A stretch of DNA of 64,000 bases, from NCBI GenBank assembly GCA_963792585.1, contig CAWBWI010000002.1, positions 96,001 to 160,000 of the forward strand, in the 5' to 3' direction. Every line of letters starts with the position of its first letter. Position 1 is the stretch's first letter. The translations under genes were made by a program, and so were the position numbers. Source of the stretch: Candidatus Eiseniibacteriota bacterium (GTDB taxonomy: Bacteria; Eisenbacteria; RBG-16-71-46; CAIMUX01; VGJL01). Of the stretch, positions 39,653 to 50,127 are shown one piece after another. The notes beneath the pieces were generated by a model. The model was not told the origin of the DNA. It saw only the letters and a program-made list of their open reading frames with translations, and made no database searches.

Positions 39653-41269
39653 ATGCCTGTCTACGTCATCTATGCCCGGAAATCCACCGAGTCCGAGGAC
39701 CGGCAAGTCCTCTCGATCGACTCGCAGATTCGAGAGCTACAGTCGCTCGCTCAGAATCGAGGGATTGCCGTGTCCGAGGTTCTCACGGAGTCCCATTCTG
39801 CGAAAGCTCCGGGCCGGCCCGTGTTCGGGGCGCTCATGCGCCGCATCGGTCGCGGCGAGATCCGCGGCGTTGTCTGCTGGAAGATGGACCGATTGGCTCG
39901 GAATCACTTCGACACCGGGTCGATTCTTCAGGCACTTGCGGACGGCAAGCTGCAGGAAGTCATCACCTCGGACCGCGCCTATACCCGCGACGGAAATGAC
40001 CGCTTCATGGGCAATTTCGAGCTGGGCATGGCGACGAAGTTCATCGACGACCTGCGGGCGAACGTGAAGCGCGGTAACCGGGCACGCCTTGCGCGCGGGT
40101 GGGCGAACTACGTACCGCCCCTCGGCTACCTGAACGACGTCGGGACGAAGACCGTGGTCAAGGATCCCGAGCGGTTCGACCTCGTCCGGCGGATGTGGGA
40201 CCTGGTGCTCACGGACTCCCTCCGACCATCCCAGATCTTACGCACGGCGAACGAAGAGTGGGGGTTCCGGACAAGGCGTTTCAAACGTACCGGGGGCAAC
40301 CGGCTCTCAAAGTCCGTGCTCTACAGCCTCTTCCAGAATCCGTTCTACTTGGGCATCATCCGCCTGAAGTCCGGCGAGACGTTTGTCGGCGCACACCCGC
40401 CGATGGTCAGCCGCGAGGAATTCGACCGCGTTCAGGAGACCATCGGACGACCCGGGCGGCCGCGCCCAAAGTCGCACGAGTTCCCGCTCACCGGCATCAT
40501 CCAGTGCGGCAACTGCGGCGGGTCGGTGACCGCCGAAGAACACGTCAAACCCTCGGGCCGACGCTACGTCTACTACCATTGTTCCCACAACCGCCTGCAT
40601 GTCCCCTGTCGGGAGCCGTCGGTGTCCGAGCGCGTGCTCGAAGAGCAGATCGTCGCGCTTCTGGAGCGCCTCACGATTCCGCAGCGTGTCCTCACCTGGA
40701 TTCTGAAGAAGGTCACGGCCTCGATTCACGCCGAAGCCGCCCGGCGCGTGGCGTCACGGGCGATGCTTGAAGCCGCGTTGGCCGATGCGACTCGGGAATC
40801 AGAGAATCTTCTCGCCCTCCGTCTTCGGGACCTCGTCTCGGATGAAGTGTTCCTCCGGAAGAAGCGGGACATCGAAGAACGCCGGGCCAGGCTAAGCGCG
40901 CAGGTTGGCGCCCCGGCGAAGACGCAGGAGGAGCTCACGTCGCAAACGGAGAAGATGATCGCGTTCGCTTCTCGTACCGCGGAGCTCTACCGCTCAGGGA
41001 CGACAGTTCAGCGGCGCATGATCCTGAAAGCGGTTCAGTCGAACTCGACGTTGCAGGGAAGAAAACTGCTAATCCAACTCAAAAGACCGTTCCGGATGAT
41101 TGCCGAGGCGGGCTCTTGTTCTAACTGGCAGCGCACGCCGGAGGACGTCAGAACGTGGATCCAAGATACGACCGAGTACTTGGCCGTGCCCGATTTCTCA
41201 AAACTCCCCCAAGATTCAGGACAAGAAGCGACCGCACGCTTTCACGAAACCATGATTTCCCAACCCTAA
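39653..41269 (+). CDS. Large serine recombinase (integrase)
   Basis: YARKS catalytic motif, SIDSQ, KMDRLARN, PLGY, NPFYLG, zinc ribbon CGNCG..YYHC..C, coiled coil. Confidence 0.95.
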   Translation: MPVYVIYARKSTESEDRQVLSIDSQIRELQSLAQNRGIAVSEVLTESHSAKAPGRPVFGALMRRIGRGEIRGVVCWKMDRLARNHFDTGSILQALADGKLQEVITSDRAYTRDGNDRFMGNFELGMATKFIDDLRANVKRGNRARLARGWANYVPPLGYLNDVGTKTVVKDPERFDLVRRMWDLVLTDSLRPSQILRTANEEWGFRTRRFKRTGGNRLSKSVLYSLFQNPFYLGIIRLKSGETFVGAHPPMVSREEFDRVQETIGRPGRPRPKSHEFPLTGIIQCGNCGGSVTAEEHVKPSGRRYVYYHCSHNRLHVPCREPSVSERVLEEQIVALLERLTIPQRVLTWILKKVTASIHAEAARRVASRAMLEAALADATRESENLLALRLRDLVSDEVFLRKKRDIEERRARLSAQVGAPAKTQEELTSQTEKMIAFASRTAELYRSGTTVQRRMILKAVQSNSTLQGRKLLIQLKRPFRMIAEAGSCSNWQRTPEDVRTWIQDTTEYLAVPDFSKLPQDSGQEATARFHETMISQP

Positions 41270-41437
41270 CAAGGGGGCGGAGGTGCCGCTCCGATGTCAG
41301 GTTGTGGACAACTCTAAGCGCGTTTGAACGAGCAAGGCCGGACGAAAGCTGGCAACTCGTTGAGCATTCAGCGACCCGAAGCCATTTGCCGATGGAGCAA
41401 ACCCCATGATATACTCCTATCACATGACCCAACCAAT

Positions 41438-41737
41438 ATGGCTCAAGCACTTACAAAGGCAGGTCTCACCGCGCTCCGAAAGGGGCTAGAGGCGTCATTC
41501 CACAGCGAAGTTCGCGACCCCCTGGTGGATCACTTCAATCGCAGCCAGGGTGGGCAGAATCAGCGGCTTGAGGGGATCGAGCAGCACTTTGATGGTGTCG
41601 ACCGTCGCTTCGATGAGGTGGATGCGAAGCTCTCCGCGATCATGGAGATGTTCGCCACCCGTCAGGAGTTACGCGCCCTTGTCCGAGAGCTCAAAGCTCG
41701 CGGTATCGCCCTGGATGAGAGCCGGATCTTGGCGTGA
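41438..41737 (+). CDS. Small coiled-coil protein
   Basis: RLEGIEQHFDGVDRRFDEVDAKL heptads. Confidence 0.6.
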   Translation: MAQALTKAGLTALRKGLEASFHSEVRDPLVDHFNRSQGGQNQRLEGIEQHFDGVDRRFDEVDAKLSAIMEMFATRQELRALVRELKARGIALDESRILA

Positions 41738-41855
41738 GCGCCGCAGGGTTCTTCGCTCTGCTGGGCTTCTGAATGATGACGTCCTACAAACGAGAGCGTA
41801 GTATGACAGTGCACTTTGACATAATGTTCTCCTGCCCCTGTTGCGTCGACTGTCG

Positions 41856-43112
41856 TCAGGGATCCGCTTCACCGCCGCTTCCATCCTTCTCACGGGACCA
41901 GGTCCGGGCAGCCTTCTCCCACGTCGCCTGCGCATGCTTCGCCTCCAAGTGTGTTCGTACAATATCTTGATCACAACTCTCCGAAATCACGATCCCTCCT
42001 TGCTCGGGATTAAGGGAGGCAAGAACACGCCAGATTGCTTTCGCTACGCCCTGACACTTATCCGCTTCACTGACAACCTTGTCGTCACTCATGCCCTTCT
42101 GTTGCGCAGACGCATCCCAGGTGATCCCCGCAACACCCACGGAAGCGGACACGACGACCGCCCTTGGCGCACCAGTCCTCATTGTCGTGCCCTCAAGAGC
42201 CTCTCGAACAATCCGCTCGAACGTCACTTTGTCCAGGCCAGAGGCGAGAACCACGAACTCGTCACCCCCTCTACGGCATACCCAGCATTGTCCTCCCTCC
42301 TTCATCACCTCCAGTGCAACATGTTCTCGGAGTCGTCTGCCAATCTCACAGAGTAGGTCGTCGCCCGCGTCATGGTTGAGCCTATCATTCACGTCCTTAA
42401 ATCTGTTGATGTCCAGATACGCGCACAGCACGCCGGGTTCTCCTGCCGCTTTCAGCCTTGGGATTGTGTCGTCTACAAAACGGCGGCTTAGAACACCCGC
42501 TTCGCCGGTTAGAGGGTCATAGTAGACCAGTCGAAGCATCGTCATCACGGTTCCGATGAGGTTCCCCAACGCCAGGAAGAACCTGCACACCTCCTCGCGG
42601 GCGAATGCCTTGCTTGCCCAACTGTCAACGCTCAGGATGCCGGCCAACCTCCGCTCGACAAGGGACGTGCGCCGATGCGGGATCGCGACGCAGACGGGAA
42701 CGTAGAGCACCGATGTCGGCGAGCGGGACGTTACTTCTTCGAGCACCTGCCGTTGGTCGACCTCAAGGTCCCTGACGGTCGCAATGTAGTATCCCTGCCG
42801 TCTCTCAATCCCTGCCGGCAGGGGCTCCCCGCACTCGGCATCGACGACAGCCCAAAGGAGCCCCCGTGGTCGGCGAACGGTTCCGCGTCCACGGAGGAGT
42901 TCGCTGCCACCCGGACTCAGTTCGGTGGGATCGGACACCGAGTACCAATTGACGCGCCCGGCCTTGCCGTCGTCGACGATGGTTGTCACGAGCAGTACGC
43001 TTAGTGCGTCACTCAAGATCGGAAGAGCGGAATTCGCTGCATCCTGGACGACTGCCGCGACCCAAGGGAACTCAAGGTCTCGCATGACGTCTGGAAAGAT
43101 GGACGTATTCAT
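41856..43112 (-). CDS. Diguanylate cyclase (GAF-like + GGDEF)
   Basis: YDPLTG, YLDINRFKDVND..HDAGDDLL, RRGGDEF, SASVGVA. Confidence 0.88.
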   Translation of the reverse strand: MNTSIFPDVMRDLEFPWVAAVVQDAANSALPILSDALSVLLVTTIVDDGKAGRVNWYSVSDPTELSPGGSELLRGRGTVRRPRGLLWAVVDAECGEPLPAGIERRQGYYIATVRDLEVDQRQVLEEVTSRSPTSVLYVPVCVAIPHRRTSLVERRLAGILSVDSWASKAFAREEVCRFFLALGNLIGTVMTMLRLVYYDPLTGEAGVLSRRFVDDTIPRLKAAGEPGVLCAYLDINRFKDVNDRLNHDAGDDLLCEIGRRLREHVALEVMKEGGQCWVCRRGGDEFVVLASGLDKVTFERIVREALEGTTMRTGAPRAVVVSASVGVAGITWDASAQQKGMSDDKVVSEADKCQGVAKAIWRVLASLNPEQGGIVISESCDQDIVRTHLEAKHAQATWEKAARTWSREKDGSGGEADP

Positions 43113-43878
43113 AAGTCGCCTCCCGAGGAGTCCTGAGGTCGAGAAACGGTATCGAAGGTGGCTTCGTGCAGCATGAAGATTGCCGGATTAGGGTTGGTAG
43201 TAACATGATAGGAGAATTCCATGACACGAGAGGACGACCTCCACCTTGCAGCGCTGCTAGCCCGGCTACTGCCGGAGCCTGCAATCGCAACGGCCTGTCT
43301 GTATTTGGCAAAGCGGTCCGGTAATGAGCAGCTATACTGGTCGTTCATGAAGGACTGGCTCGCCGCCCATCCTGGGGGCATTACTTACTTCCTCCCCGCA
43401 CCGCTTAGCGTCTTCGCTCCCGAGTTTCTTCGGGCGTTTCTGAAAGCGAATCCTGCCCTGCTCGTGCCGTGGAATGCTCGACATGGCTCCTGATCTCTAC
43501 ATCGCACCCCGTCAGTCCCGCTCAGCAGCACCCCATCTTGACACTCGCGTCCACTCCGGGTAAAATACCTATGCTGGTCGATACCCTGTTCCAGGAGGTG
43601 GAAGATGGATGGTTTGTTGACTGATTGGATTGGAGAGGGACTTGTACATTAGGGCGCTTATGAACGCCGATTGCCCGAAGGCAAGCGCCGACCCGGGTTT
43701 GCCTCGCTGGACCGGCATCACGGTGATTGTCACGGGCATGGCCTTGCCCTTCTTGCTCATTCTGGCATTTCTGTTGGAAGTACTTCTTGCCTAGGACGGC
43801 TGGAGGCTTCTGCAGCACGCAACACAGGAACACCCACCACGCACGAGGTGGGTGGTTTTCTTGTTGGACGGAGTTCAC

Positions 43879-44910
43879 TTAGGCGCCTATCCATAAGGTG
43901 TTGAAAGCGCCAGGCACGGCGGCGACCCAGCCGCTCGCATCCGTATCCTTGGTCAGCTCAACCACGAGACTCCACCCTGTAAGCCGTGAGTAGCCTTCAC
44001 CTAGAGTTGCCAGGAGGAGGCAGTTTCCGATGAGCGCGAAGTCGAGGTAGACACCGGAACCGTAGCTGTACCGTTCCGCGTGAACGGGCCTGCAGATCAT
44101 TGGTGACTGGTTGCGGTGGGCACAGATGCTGTCGATCTTCGCCCTGTAGTCCCGGTCACGGTCATAGTCGGTCTTGCGGTAGAACAGGATGTTACGGATG
44201 GTAACGCCATGTTGCGTTGCTTCCTGGCACACCCGCTCCGTGAAGTTCTGGTAGAAGGTCGCTCTGAGGATGTCTGCGTCTAGGAAACTCGTCATCAGGA
44301 CTTCCGCACCGCTGGGGAGTGCCTGAATCCGGGCGATGATCTCATCGGCGTACTTGGTTGCCCCCCGAAAGGTACGAACTTTGTCATAGGGGCCGAGAGC
44401 AGTTTCCCATTCAAGCAGGCGGTTCCGCACGTGCTCGCGAACGGGCTTGGCATCCACGACCGTGGAGATGCGTGAAGCGCTTCGGGCCAGTCCGGCAAGA
44501 GGGTCGGCGAAGTCGTTGCGACACAGACCAATCCAGACTGATCGCGTCGACAAGAAGCGAAGAAGGTCAACAAGGGGAATCCGAGCCATTTCAGCCTTTC
44601 CTCTACGGCACGGCCGAATGAGCCACACGGACCACGGCCGAGCGATCGAGAAATACACGCCAACGAGGATGAGGATGATCCTGAGGAAGGGCCACCTGTG
44701 AATGAGCCCGCGCCTCAAGTCAGTGAGAGCGGCAGCTATCTCGGCTGGTGGCCCCGACCAGATCCAGGTCGCGCAGGTGAATGCGAATCCCATGGCAAAC
44801 CAGCCAAGGAGAATGGATCCAACCCCGAGCCACCACCGCCTGGGCAGGCATGCCGCCCGACATAAAAGGACATCACGCAGGAGCCTTGTCCCGTTGAGCA
44901 TTGCTCTCAT
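43879..44910 (-). CDS. Membrane protein with C-terminal alpha/beta (possible sensor) domain
   Basis: Two TM segments; C-terminal GVTIRNILF..LDFALIG pattern. Confidence 0.55.
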   Translation of the reverse strand: MRAMLNGTRLLRDVLLCRAACLPRRWWLGVGSILLGWFAMGFAFTCATWIWSGPPAEIAAALTDLRRGLIHRWPFLRIILILVGVYFSIARPWSVWLIRPCRRGKAEMARIPLVDLLRFLSTRSVWIGLCRNDFADPLAGLARSASRISTVVDAKPVREHVRNRLLEWETALGPYDKVRTFRGATKYADEIIARIQALPSGAEVLMTSFLDADILRATFYQNFTERVCQEATQHGVTIRNILFYRKTDYDRDRDYRAKIDSICAHRNQSPMICRPVHAERYSYGSGVYLDFALIGNCLLLATLGEGYSRLTGWSLVVELTKDTDASGWVAAVPGAFNTLWIGA

Positions 44911-45064
44911 CACTCCAAGCCTGTGAGAAGCTTGGCTGTGGGGGAGAGGTGGATGAGTCGGTGGGCACCCCACCAATGCGTACGGAGTCGTTGGATAGGG
45001 GAGTGTAGGTCCAGCTCTTGGTTCCGGGCTGCGGGCCAACCCAACGAGCTGGTGACGGCACCCT

Positions 45065-45793
45065 TCATGTGCTGGTTGTCCCTCCTGCGGACGCAGAGCC
45101 GTTGCCTTGATGGGGGGTGCCCTCCGGATGCAGCGGCGTCTCGATGATCGATCCGTGGTCGCAACGATAGACTCGGTCAGCCTTTCGAGCGACCTCCAGG
45201 TCTTGCTCAACAATCAGTACGGCCTTGTCGGCCGCACGCTCCCGTGGCCTGACCCAGTCTAGAAGATCATCGACGAAGGTTCTTGCTAGCCCCAGCGTCG
45301 GCTCATCAAGCAATACGAGCGTGTCTCTCTGCCCAAGGCCGCACGTGAGCGCCAGGACCTGCTTCTCGCCGGCGCTCAGTGTCGCAGCGAGCTGCCGACT
45401 CCTGGGGGCTTTGAGCCAAGGCCACGTGTGCTCATGAGCGAAAGCTGCCACGCAAGCCGAGTTGCTGACCAGACGGAGGTTCTCCTTTACAGTGAGGTTC
45501 CGGAAGACTCGTCCACTTTGGGGCACGTAGGCAATTCCACGACGCGAACGCTTCCATGTCGGCATCAATCCGATATCTTCACCTCGATGCCGAACGACCC
45601 CTGACCACATTGGCACAAGCCCCATGATTGCCCGCAGGAGCGTTGTCTTGCCGGAACCATTGTCGCCGATGACCGCCACGACTTCTCCCGCATGAAGCGT
45701 CAGATTCACGCCGCGCAGGACTTCGTGCCTGCCGTAGCCAGCCTTCAGTGATTCGACCTGGAGGATCGGAGTCGTCGGTACTCGTTCATCCAT
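45065..45793 (-). CDS. Branched-chain-aa-type ABC ATPase (LivF-like)
   Basis: GDNGSGKTT, YVPQ..VF.NLTVKENL, LSAGE, LLDEP. Confidence 0.9.
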   Translation of the reverse strand: MDERVPTTPILQVESLKAGYGRHEVLRGVNLTLHAGEVVAVIGDNGSGKTTLLRAIMGLVPMWSGVVRHRGEDIGLMPTWKRSRRGIAYVPQSGRVFRNLTVKENLRLVSNSACVAAFAHEHTWPWLKAPRSRQLAATLSAGEKQVLALTCGLGQRDTLVLLDEPTLGLARTFVDDLLDWVRPRERAADKAVLIVEQDLEVARKADRVYRCDHGSIIETPLHPEGTPHQGNGSASAGGTTST

Positions 45794-46514
45794 TGGGGAA
45801 CCTAGCCCTTGGGAGAATGGCAGCCGCAGGGCCGACCCCTTGCACCTTGCCGTCCGCGAGAAGGACGACCGTATCTGCGATACCCTCCACGACGTGGAGG
45901 AGGTGCTCAATCAGGAGAATCGCAAGACCGTCCGCGCGTGCCACTTTGAGTCTGGTAAGTATGACATCGACCGTGCGGTCGAAGATGCCTGACACCGGCT
46001 CGTCGAGGAAGAGGGCCCTAGTACTGCCCGCGAGACAGGTCGCGAGCGAAAGAAGCTTCCTTTGCCCATAGGAGAGCTCCAAGACTTGTCTGTCACGGAG
46101 GTCCGTCAGGCCGAAGTCCCGAAGCAGGGCAACGGCCGCCTCCATGGATGCTGTGTCAGGTTCTGACCACCAGCGTTTGACGATCCTTCCAGGGTCGGCT
46201 TGACCGAGGAGGACGTGATCCAATACCGTCATCTTCTCGATGACGCGCACCTCTTGGAATGTCCGGCGGATCCCGCGGTGCTCGAGTTCCCACGGCGGGA
46301 GCCCGGAGATCCGTTCGTCCTCGATGTAGATCTGGCCCTCGTCCGGCCGAAGGAATCCTGTGAGGATGTTGAGGAGCGTCGTCTTTCCAGAACCGTTTAG
46401 TCCCACGAGCGCCGTGATGGTCCCCGGTTCGAGTGTTACGCTCACGTTGTCTAGGGCGAGAACGCCGTCGAAGCGCTTCGTCACGCCCTCCGCTCGCAAG
46501 AATGCGGCGCACAT
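45786..46514 (-). CDS. Branched-chain-aa-type ABC ATPase (LivG-like)
   Basis: GLNGSGKTT, RTFQ, LSYGQRK, FLDEP, IEH. Confidence 0.9.
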   Translation of the reverse strand: MCAAFLRAEGVTKRFDGVLALDNVSVTLEPGTITALVGLNGSGKTTLLNILTGFLRPDEGQIYIEDERISGLPPWELEHRGIRRTFQEVRVIEKMTVLDHVLLGQADPGRIVKRWWSEPDTASMEAAVALLRDFGLTDLRDRQVLELSYGQRKLLSLATCLAGSTRALFLDEPVSGIFDRTVDVILTRLKVARADGLAILLIEHLLHVVEGIADTVVLLADGKVQGVGPAAAILPRARFPNG

Positions 46515-46515
46515 C

Positions 46516-47400
46516 CTACCAGCTCCCCCGCCTTGGCTCGAACGAGAACGTGCCGAGGAGACCCTGCGGCCGCAGGCGCATGAGGAATACTAGCAAGAGC
46601 CCGAAGAGCAGCTCTCTCACTCGAGAGGCGGAGGCTATGTCGAGACCGACAAAGCGGAGCCCCTCGGGGAACAAAACGAGCACGAGGGCACCGAGCACGG
46701 CGCCCGCGGGACGTCCGGCGCCCCCGAGGATTACCATGGCCAGGAAGAGAATGGACTGGTTCACCCCGAAAGTCGTCGGATCGATGAAGCCTATGTGGGC
46801 GGCGAGAATCCCTCCGGCGAGGCCAGCCTCTCCCGCGGCCACAGCAACGGCAATGACCTTGACCCGAGGAACATTCCTGCCAAGAGATGCCGTAAGGATC
46901 TCGTCCTCACGGATTGCCCGCCACACCCTACCCGTCGGTGCGCGGGTCAGTCGCGTGTGGAGCCAGAGCAGAAGTCCTACGAGCGCGACGGAGAGACACG
47001 GCAGGACGAGTGGCGAGTCAGGCAGGACCAGCCACCCTCGACTGCTGGCGGATGCGATTCCCAACGGCCCGCCGGTGAGCATGCCCAGATTGTTGAGTAG
47101 TTGGATAGCGATGAGTTGGAGTCCAAGTGTCGCGATGGCGAAGTAGTCTTCATGGGTCCGTAGGGAGGCGAGACCGACGACCAGACCTCCGAGAATCGCA
47201 GAGACGACTCCGCCGACGAGTGCCAACTCGAGGGGCAGACCGAGACGGGAGGCGAGAATTACGGACCCGTAGCCACCCATGCCGACCATCGCAGCCTGGG
47301 CCGTCGACAGCAGCCCCATTTGCCCCGCGACGATGTCGAGGGACAGCGCGACCATGGCGCCGACCGCTGCGAGAATAATGAGGTGTAAAATGTAGTCCAT
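46516..47400 (-). CDS. ABC permease (LivM-like)
   Basis: YFAIATLG, LTGGPLGI, AIREDE, MVILGG, LRPQGL. Confidence 0.9.
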   Translation of the reverse strand: MDYILHLIILAAVGAMVALSLDIVAGQMGLLSTAQAAMVGMGGYGSVILASRLGLPLELALVGGVVSAILGGLVVGLASLRTHEDYFAIATLGLQLIAIQLLNNLGMLTGGPLGIASASSRGWLVLPDSPLVLPCLSVALVGLLLWLHTRLTRAPTGRVWRAIREDEILTASLGRNVPRVKVIAVAVAAGEAGLAGGILAAHIGFIDPTTFGVNQSILFLAMVILGGAGRPAGAVLGALVLVLFPEGLRFVGLDIASASRVRELLFGLLLVFLMRLRPQGLLGTFSFEPRRGSW

Positions 47401-47404
47401 AGGC

Positions 47405-48283
47405 TTAAAGTTCCACGCGCTCAATTCGGCTTCCGGCGAGTCCCTTCGTCCTCACCACGAGGAACAGGAGGAGAAGCGTGAAGGAGATCGTATCCTGCCA
47501 CACGGATGGGAGAAGGAGAAGGCTCATGTGGCGCAAGATTCCGAGGAGGAGGCCGCCGACAGCGGCACCGCCGACACTGCCCACGCCGCCAATGAGCATC
47601 CCGGTCACCCCCATGAGCAACGGCTGAAACCCCATCGTCGGACGGGCATCGGTATCCCACGCGAGCAGCATCCCGGCCACGCCCACGAGACCGGAGCCAA
47701 CTAGGAAGGCCGCGCGCACGATACCATCGCTGCTGATCCCCCGGACCTCCGCGAGTTCTCGATCGTCGGCGACCGCCCGGAGATGGAGTCCGAGCCGGCT
47801 TGACCGCACCACGGCGAAAAGCCCAACCATGAGGCCAAGGCATACCAGGACAGTCACGATCTGAACACCGGTGAGACGAACGGATCCGAGCAATGTCAGA
47901 CCGGCTGACGGAGGTCCATGCCGAAAGCTCTTTGTGTCATCGCCGAACCCCATGGCGATGAGGTTCTCTCCCACCAAGTAGACTCCGAGAGACGTTATGA
48001 AGAGCACAAGCCCCGATCCACCATGGCGCCGGATGGGCTCATAGACAAGCATGTGCAAGGAGAGCCCGAGGATTGCGCAGACCGCGAACACGCCAAGTAC
48101 ACTCAGACCGACAGGGAGACCTAGAGTACCGAACAGGATGTACGCGGCGTATGCCCCGGCGACGAGGATGGAGGCGTGAGCGAAGTGGAAGAACCGTCCG
48201 ACGCTGTAGATGAGCGCAAAGCTGGCGGCCACGAGGCCGTACGCCGCGCCTGCGGCAACTCCATTCGCGAAGAGCTGGAGCAT
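47405..48283 (-). CDS. ABC permease (LivH-like)
   Basis: NG..GAAYGLVA, HFAH, LRAVADDRELA, IGGVGS. Confidence 0.9.
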   Translation of the reverse strand: MLQLFANGVAAGAAYGLVAASFALIYSVGRFFHFAHASILVAGAYAAYILFGTLGLPVGLSVLGVFAVCAILGLSLHMLVYEPIRRHGGSGLVLFITSLGVYLVGENLIAMGFGDDTKSFRHGPPSAGLTLLGSVRLTGVQIVTVLVCLGLMVGLFAVVRSSRLGLHLRAVADDRELAEVRGISSDGIVRAAFLVGSGLVGVAGMLLAWDTDARPTMGFQPLLMGVTGMLIGGVGSVGGAAVGGLLLGILRHMSLLLLPSVWQDTISFTLLLLFLVVRTKGLAGSRIERVEL

Positions 48284-48453
48284 GATTCCCGGCCGGTTGG
48301 CGGCCCTACCTCTTCCTCTGTCGCTCGCCCTCTTCCGGGGCGAGGGAAGGCCGGAACTCCTCGTTGCGATGTTTCGCTTCTTCTGGTCGTACAGGTGGCC
48401 CGTCAGATTCCGGTCCAGCGAGCACGGCTTGGGTTCGTTTATCCTCCTCCAGC

Positions 48454-50127
48454 CTATGATGTACCGACGATGCGGTACTCCTCACCCGTCGCGACTTCAA
48501 TGCCTTCATTGGAACCCCCTTCTTCCATGATTGAAGCGAAGTGCCGAACGAGAAACCGCTCGAGATCCCGGTGGGTCCAGTACGGTGTGTCAATGTTCGG
48601 CCGGTGGAAATCGAAGAACTCGGGCTCGCGCCTGACCACGGATACCCCCGGCATCGCCCCGGCAAGGATCTGGCCACCGAGGTCCGATCCGGGGAAGGGC
48701 GTGAACGCGCCGCCCATGACCGAGACCTCAACCCCCAGACGATCTGCCGAACTCAGAAGCGACCTGATGTAGTCCGATTGCCGGTCAAGATCGTCCTTTG
48801 AATTCCACGGGAAGCCAAAGATGGAGCCGAACCCGAGCGTAAGGTCCAGATCTTTCGCGATTCGCATGACCCGGGACGGCGACTGGAGTGACACCTTGCC
48901 CCCCTTGCGCGTGAGCCGGATGTCGCGCTCGGTTAGCCCGTCGAGGCCGATCTCCAGGTAAAGATCATGGACCGCCGTCCGAAGTCTCCCGAGCAGACCA
49001 TCCGCGTAGCGGGACTCCACGGAGTCCACGCGAGACTGGAGGCAGAGAGAGGCGGTGCGGAAGGCCGGATCGCGGTCCAGCATCTCAGTGAACTCCGCCG
49101 TGCGATGGCGGTTGTGGAGCAGCTCGTCGTCCAGGAGGGCGATGGTCGATGTCCCGTGCCGGAGTGCTCTCAGCCACTCGCTCCGGACCTCGTCCAGCGG
49201 CCGATATATCGTCGGGACGCCCCCGACCGTGCAATATGAGCAGGAGAATGGGCACCCGCTACCCCAGAAGGATGCCCCCGGGGTCTGGTAGCGGCCTGGG
49301 TCGACGAGATCCCATGACGGCGTCGGGATGCGCACATCCCTCCGTATCCAAGTGGATGTCCGAGGCGCGGACGGCTCAGCCCACAGATCCGGAAGTCGTC
49401 CTGCGAGGAGCTCGGCGAAGGCCTGTGGTGCCGACAAGAACCCCTGCTTGCCAGGCAAGACAAGATCGTAGCAGCCGGATGTGGCAGCTTCCTTCTCGAA
49501 ATCAGTGGCATGATGGCCGCCCAGTACAATGCCGCGGAAGCGAGGGCTCTCGCTTTGCGCCCACCGCCTGACCCAGGTTGAGACCTGCTGTGCCTCACCG
49601 CCGGCTGCGGTGATGGCGGAAATCCCGACGGCCAAAGGGCGGTATCGCCGGAGTGCCGGTACGATCCGCCAAGCCTCCCAGCGATTCACGGCCATGTCGA
49701 CAATCGCAACGGAGAATCCCGCCGCGCGAAGAGAACTCGCAATCAACATGACACCGAACGGCACGGGTGTCGGCACGTTGCCCGCGTAGGGGTAGTTCGC
49801 TACGACCAGGAGGATGTCGGTCGGGGTAATCCCCTCGGGAGCCGGCATGTGGGGCCAGGGGGGCGGCGATTCCTCTTCAAGCAGTACGCCAGACTGCTTC
49901 AAGAACTCGATCTGTTCTTCCGCGCGCGCTCTGCCGCCCGCGATGCGCGCGAGCCTCCGCGTGACATCTTGGACAGGCACTTGCGAACCCTTCAGCCCGA
50001 GTTTGAGCAGGGCCCTCAGGGTTGCGGGCGGAAGCAGCACGATCGTACTTGTCCGTGGCGCGTAGATCGAGATTTCGCCTCCCGCGGGATCCCCAATGAG
50101 GCAATTCGTCAGCCTCAGCGTCCTCAT
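48454..50127 (-). CDS. Cobalamin-binding radical SAM protein with N-terminal wHTH/RRE-like extension
   Basis: PFGVMLIASSL, VGISAIT, VLGGHHAT, GCPFSCSYC (CxxxCxxC), LLDD, TPFPGS. ATG overlaps the MTase stop (TAATG). Confidence 0.9.
   Translation of the reverse strand: MRTLRLTNCLIGDPAGGEISIYAPRTSTIVLLPPATLRALLKLGLKGSQVPVQDVTRRLARIAGGRARAEEQIEFLKQSGVLLEEESPPPWPHMPAPEGITPTDILLVVANYPYAGNVPTPVPFGVMLIASSLRAAGFSVAIVDMAVNRWEAWRIVPALRRYRPLAVGISAITAAGGEAQQVSTWVRRWAQSESPRFRGIVLGGHHATDFEKEAATSGCYDLVLPGKQGFLSAPQAFAELLAGRLPDLWAEPSAPRTSTWIRRDVRIPTPSWDLVDPGRYQTPGASFWGSGCPFSCSYCTVGGVPTIYRPLDEVRSEWLRALRHGTSTIALLDDELLHNRHRTAEFTEMLDRDPAFRTASLCLQSRVDSVESRYADGLLGRLRTAVHDLYLEIGLDGLTERDIRLTRKGGKVSLQSPSRVMRIAKDLDLTLGFGSIFGFPWNSKDDLDRQSDYIRSLLSSADRLGVEVSVMGGAFTPFPGSDLGGQILAGAMPGVSVVRREPEFFDFHRPNIDTPYWTHRDLERFLVRHFASIMEEGGSNEGIEVATGEEYRIVGTS

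Larger units (their letters stand above)
89..41269. mobile_element. Putative integrative (mobilisable) element / defence island, probably extending past the left edge of the window
   Basis: Serine integrase at the right end. Co-oriented minus-strand backbone (XRE, rep-like, RuvC x2, annealing protein, exonuclease, RadC, DUF932 ... VirD4, relaxase) interrupted by defence cargo. att sites not identified. Confidence 0.65.

Noticed and set aside
43109..43878. Short ORFs between the membrane gene and GGDEF
   Set aside because: Conflicting strands and no motifs, so none can be supported as a gene.
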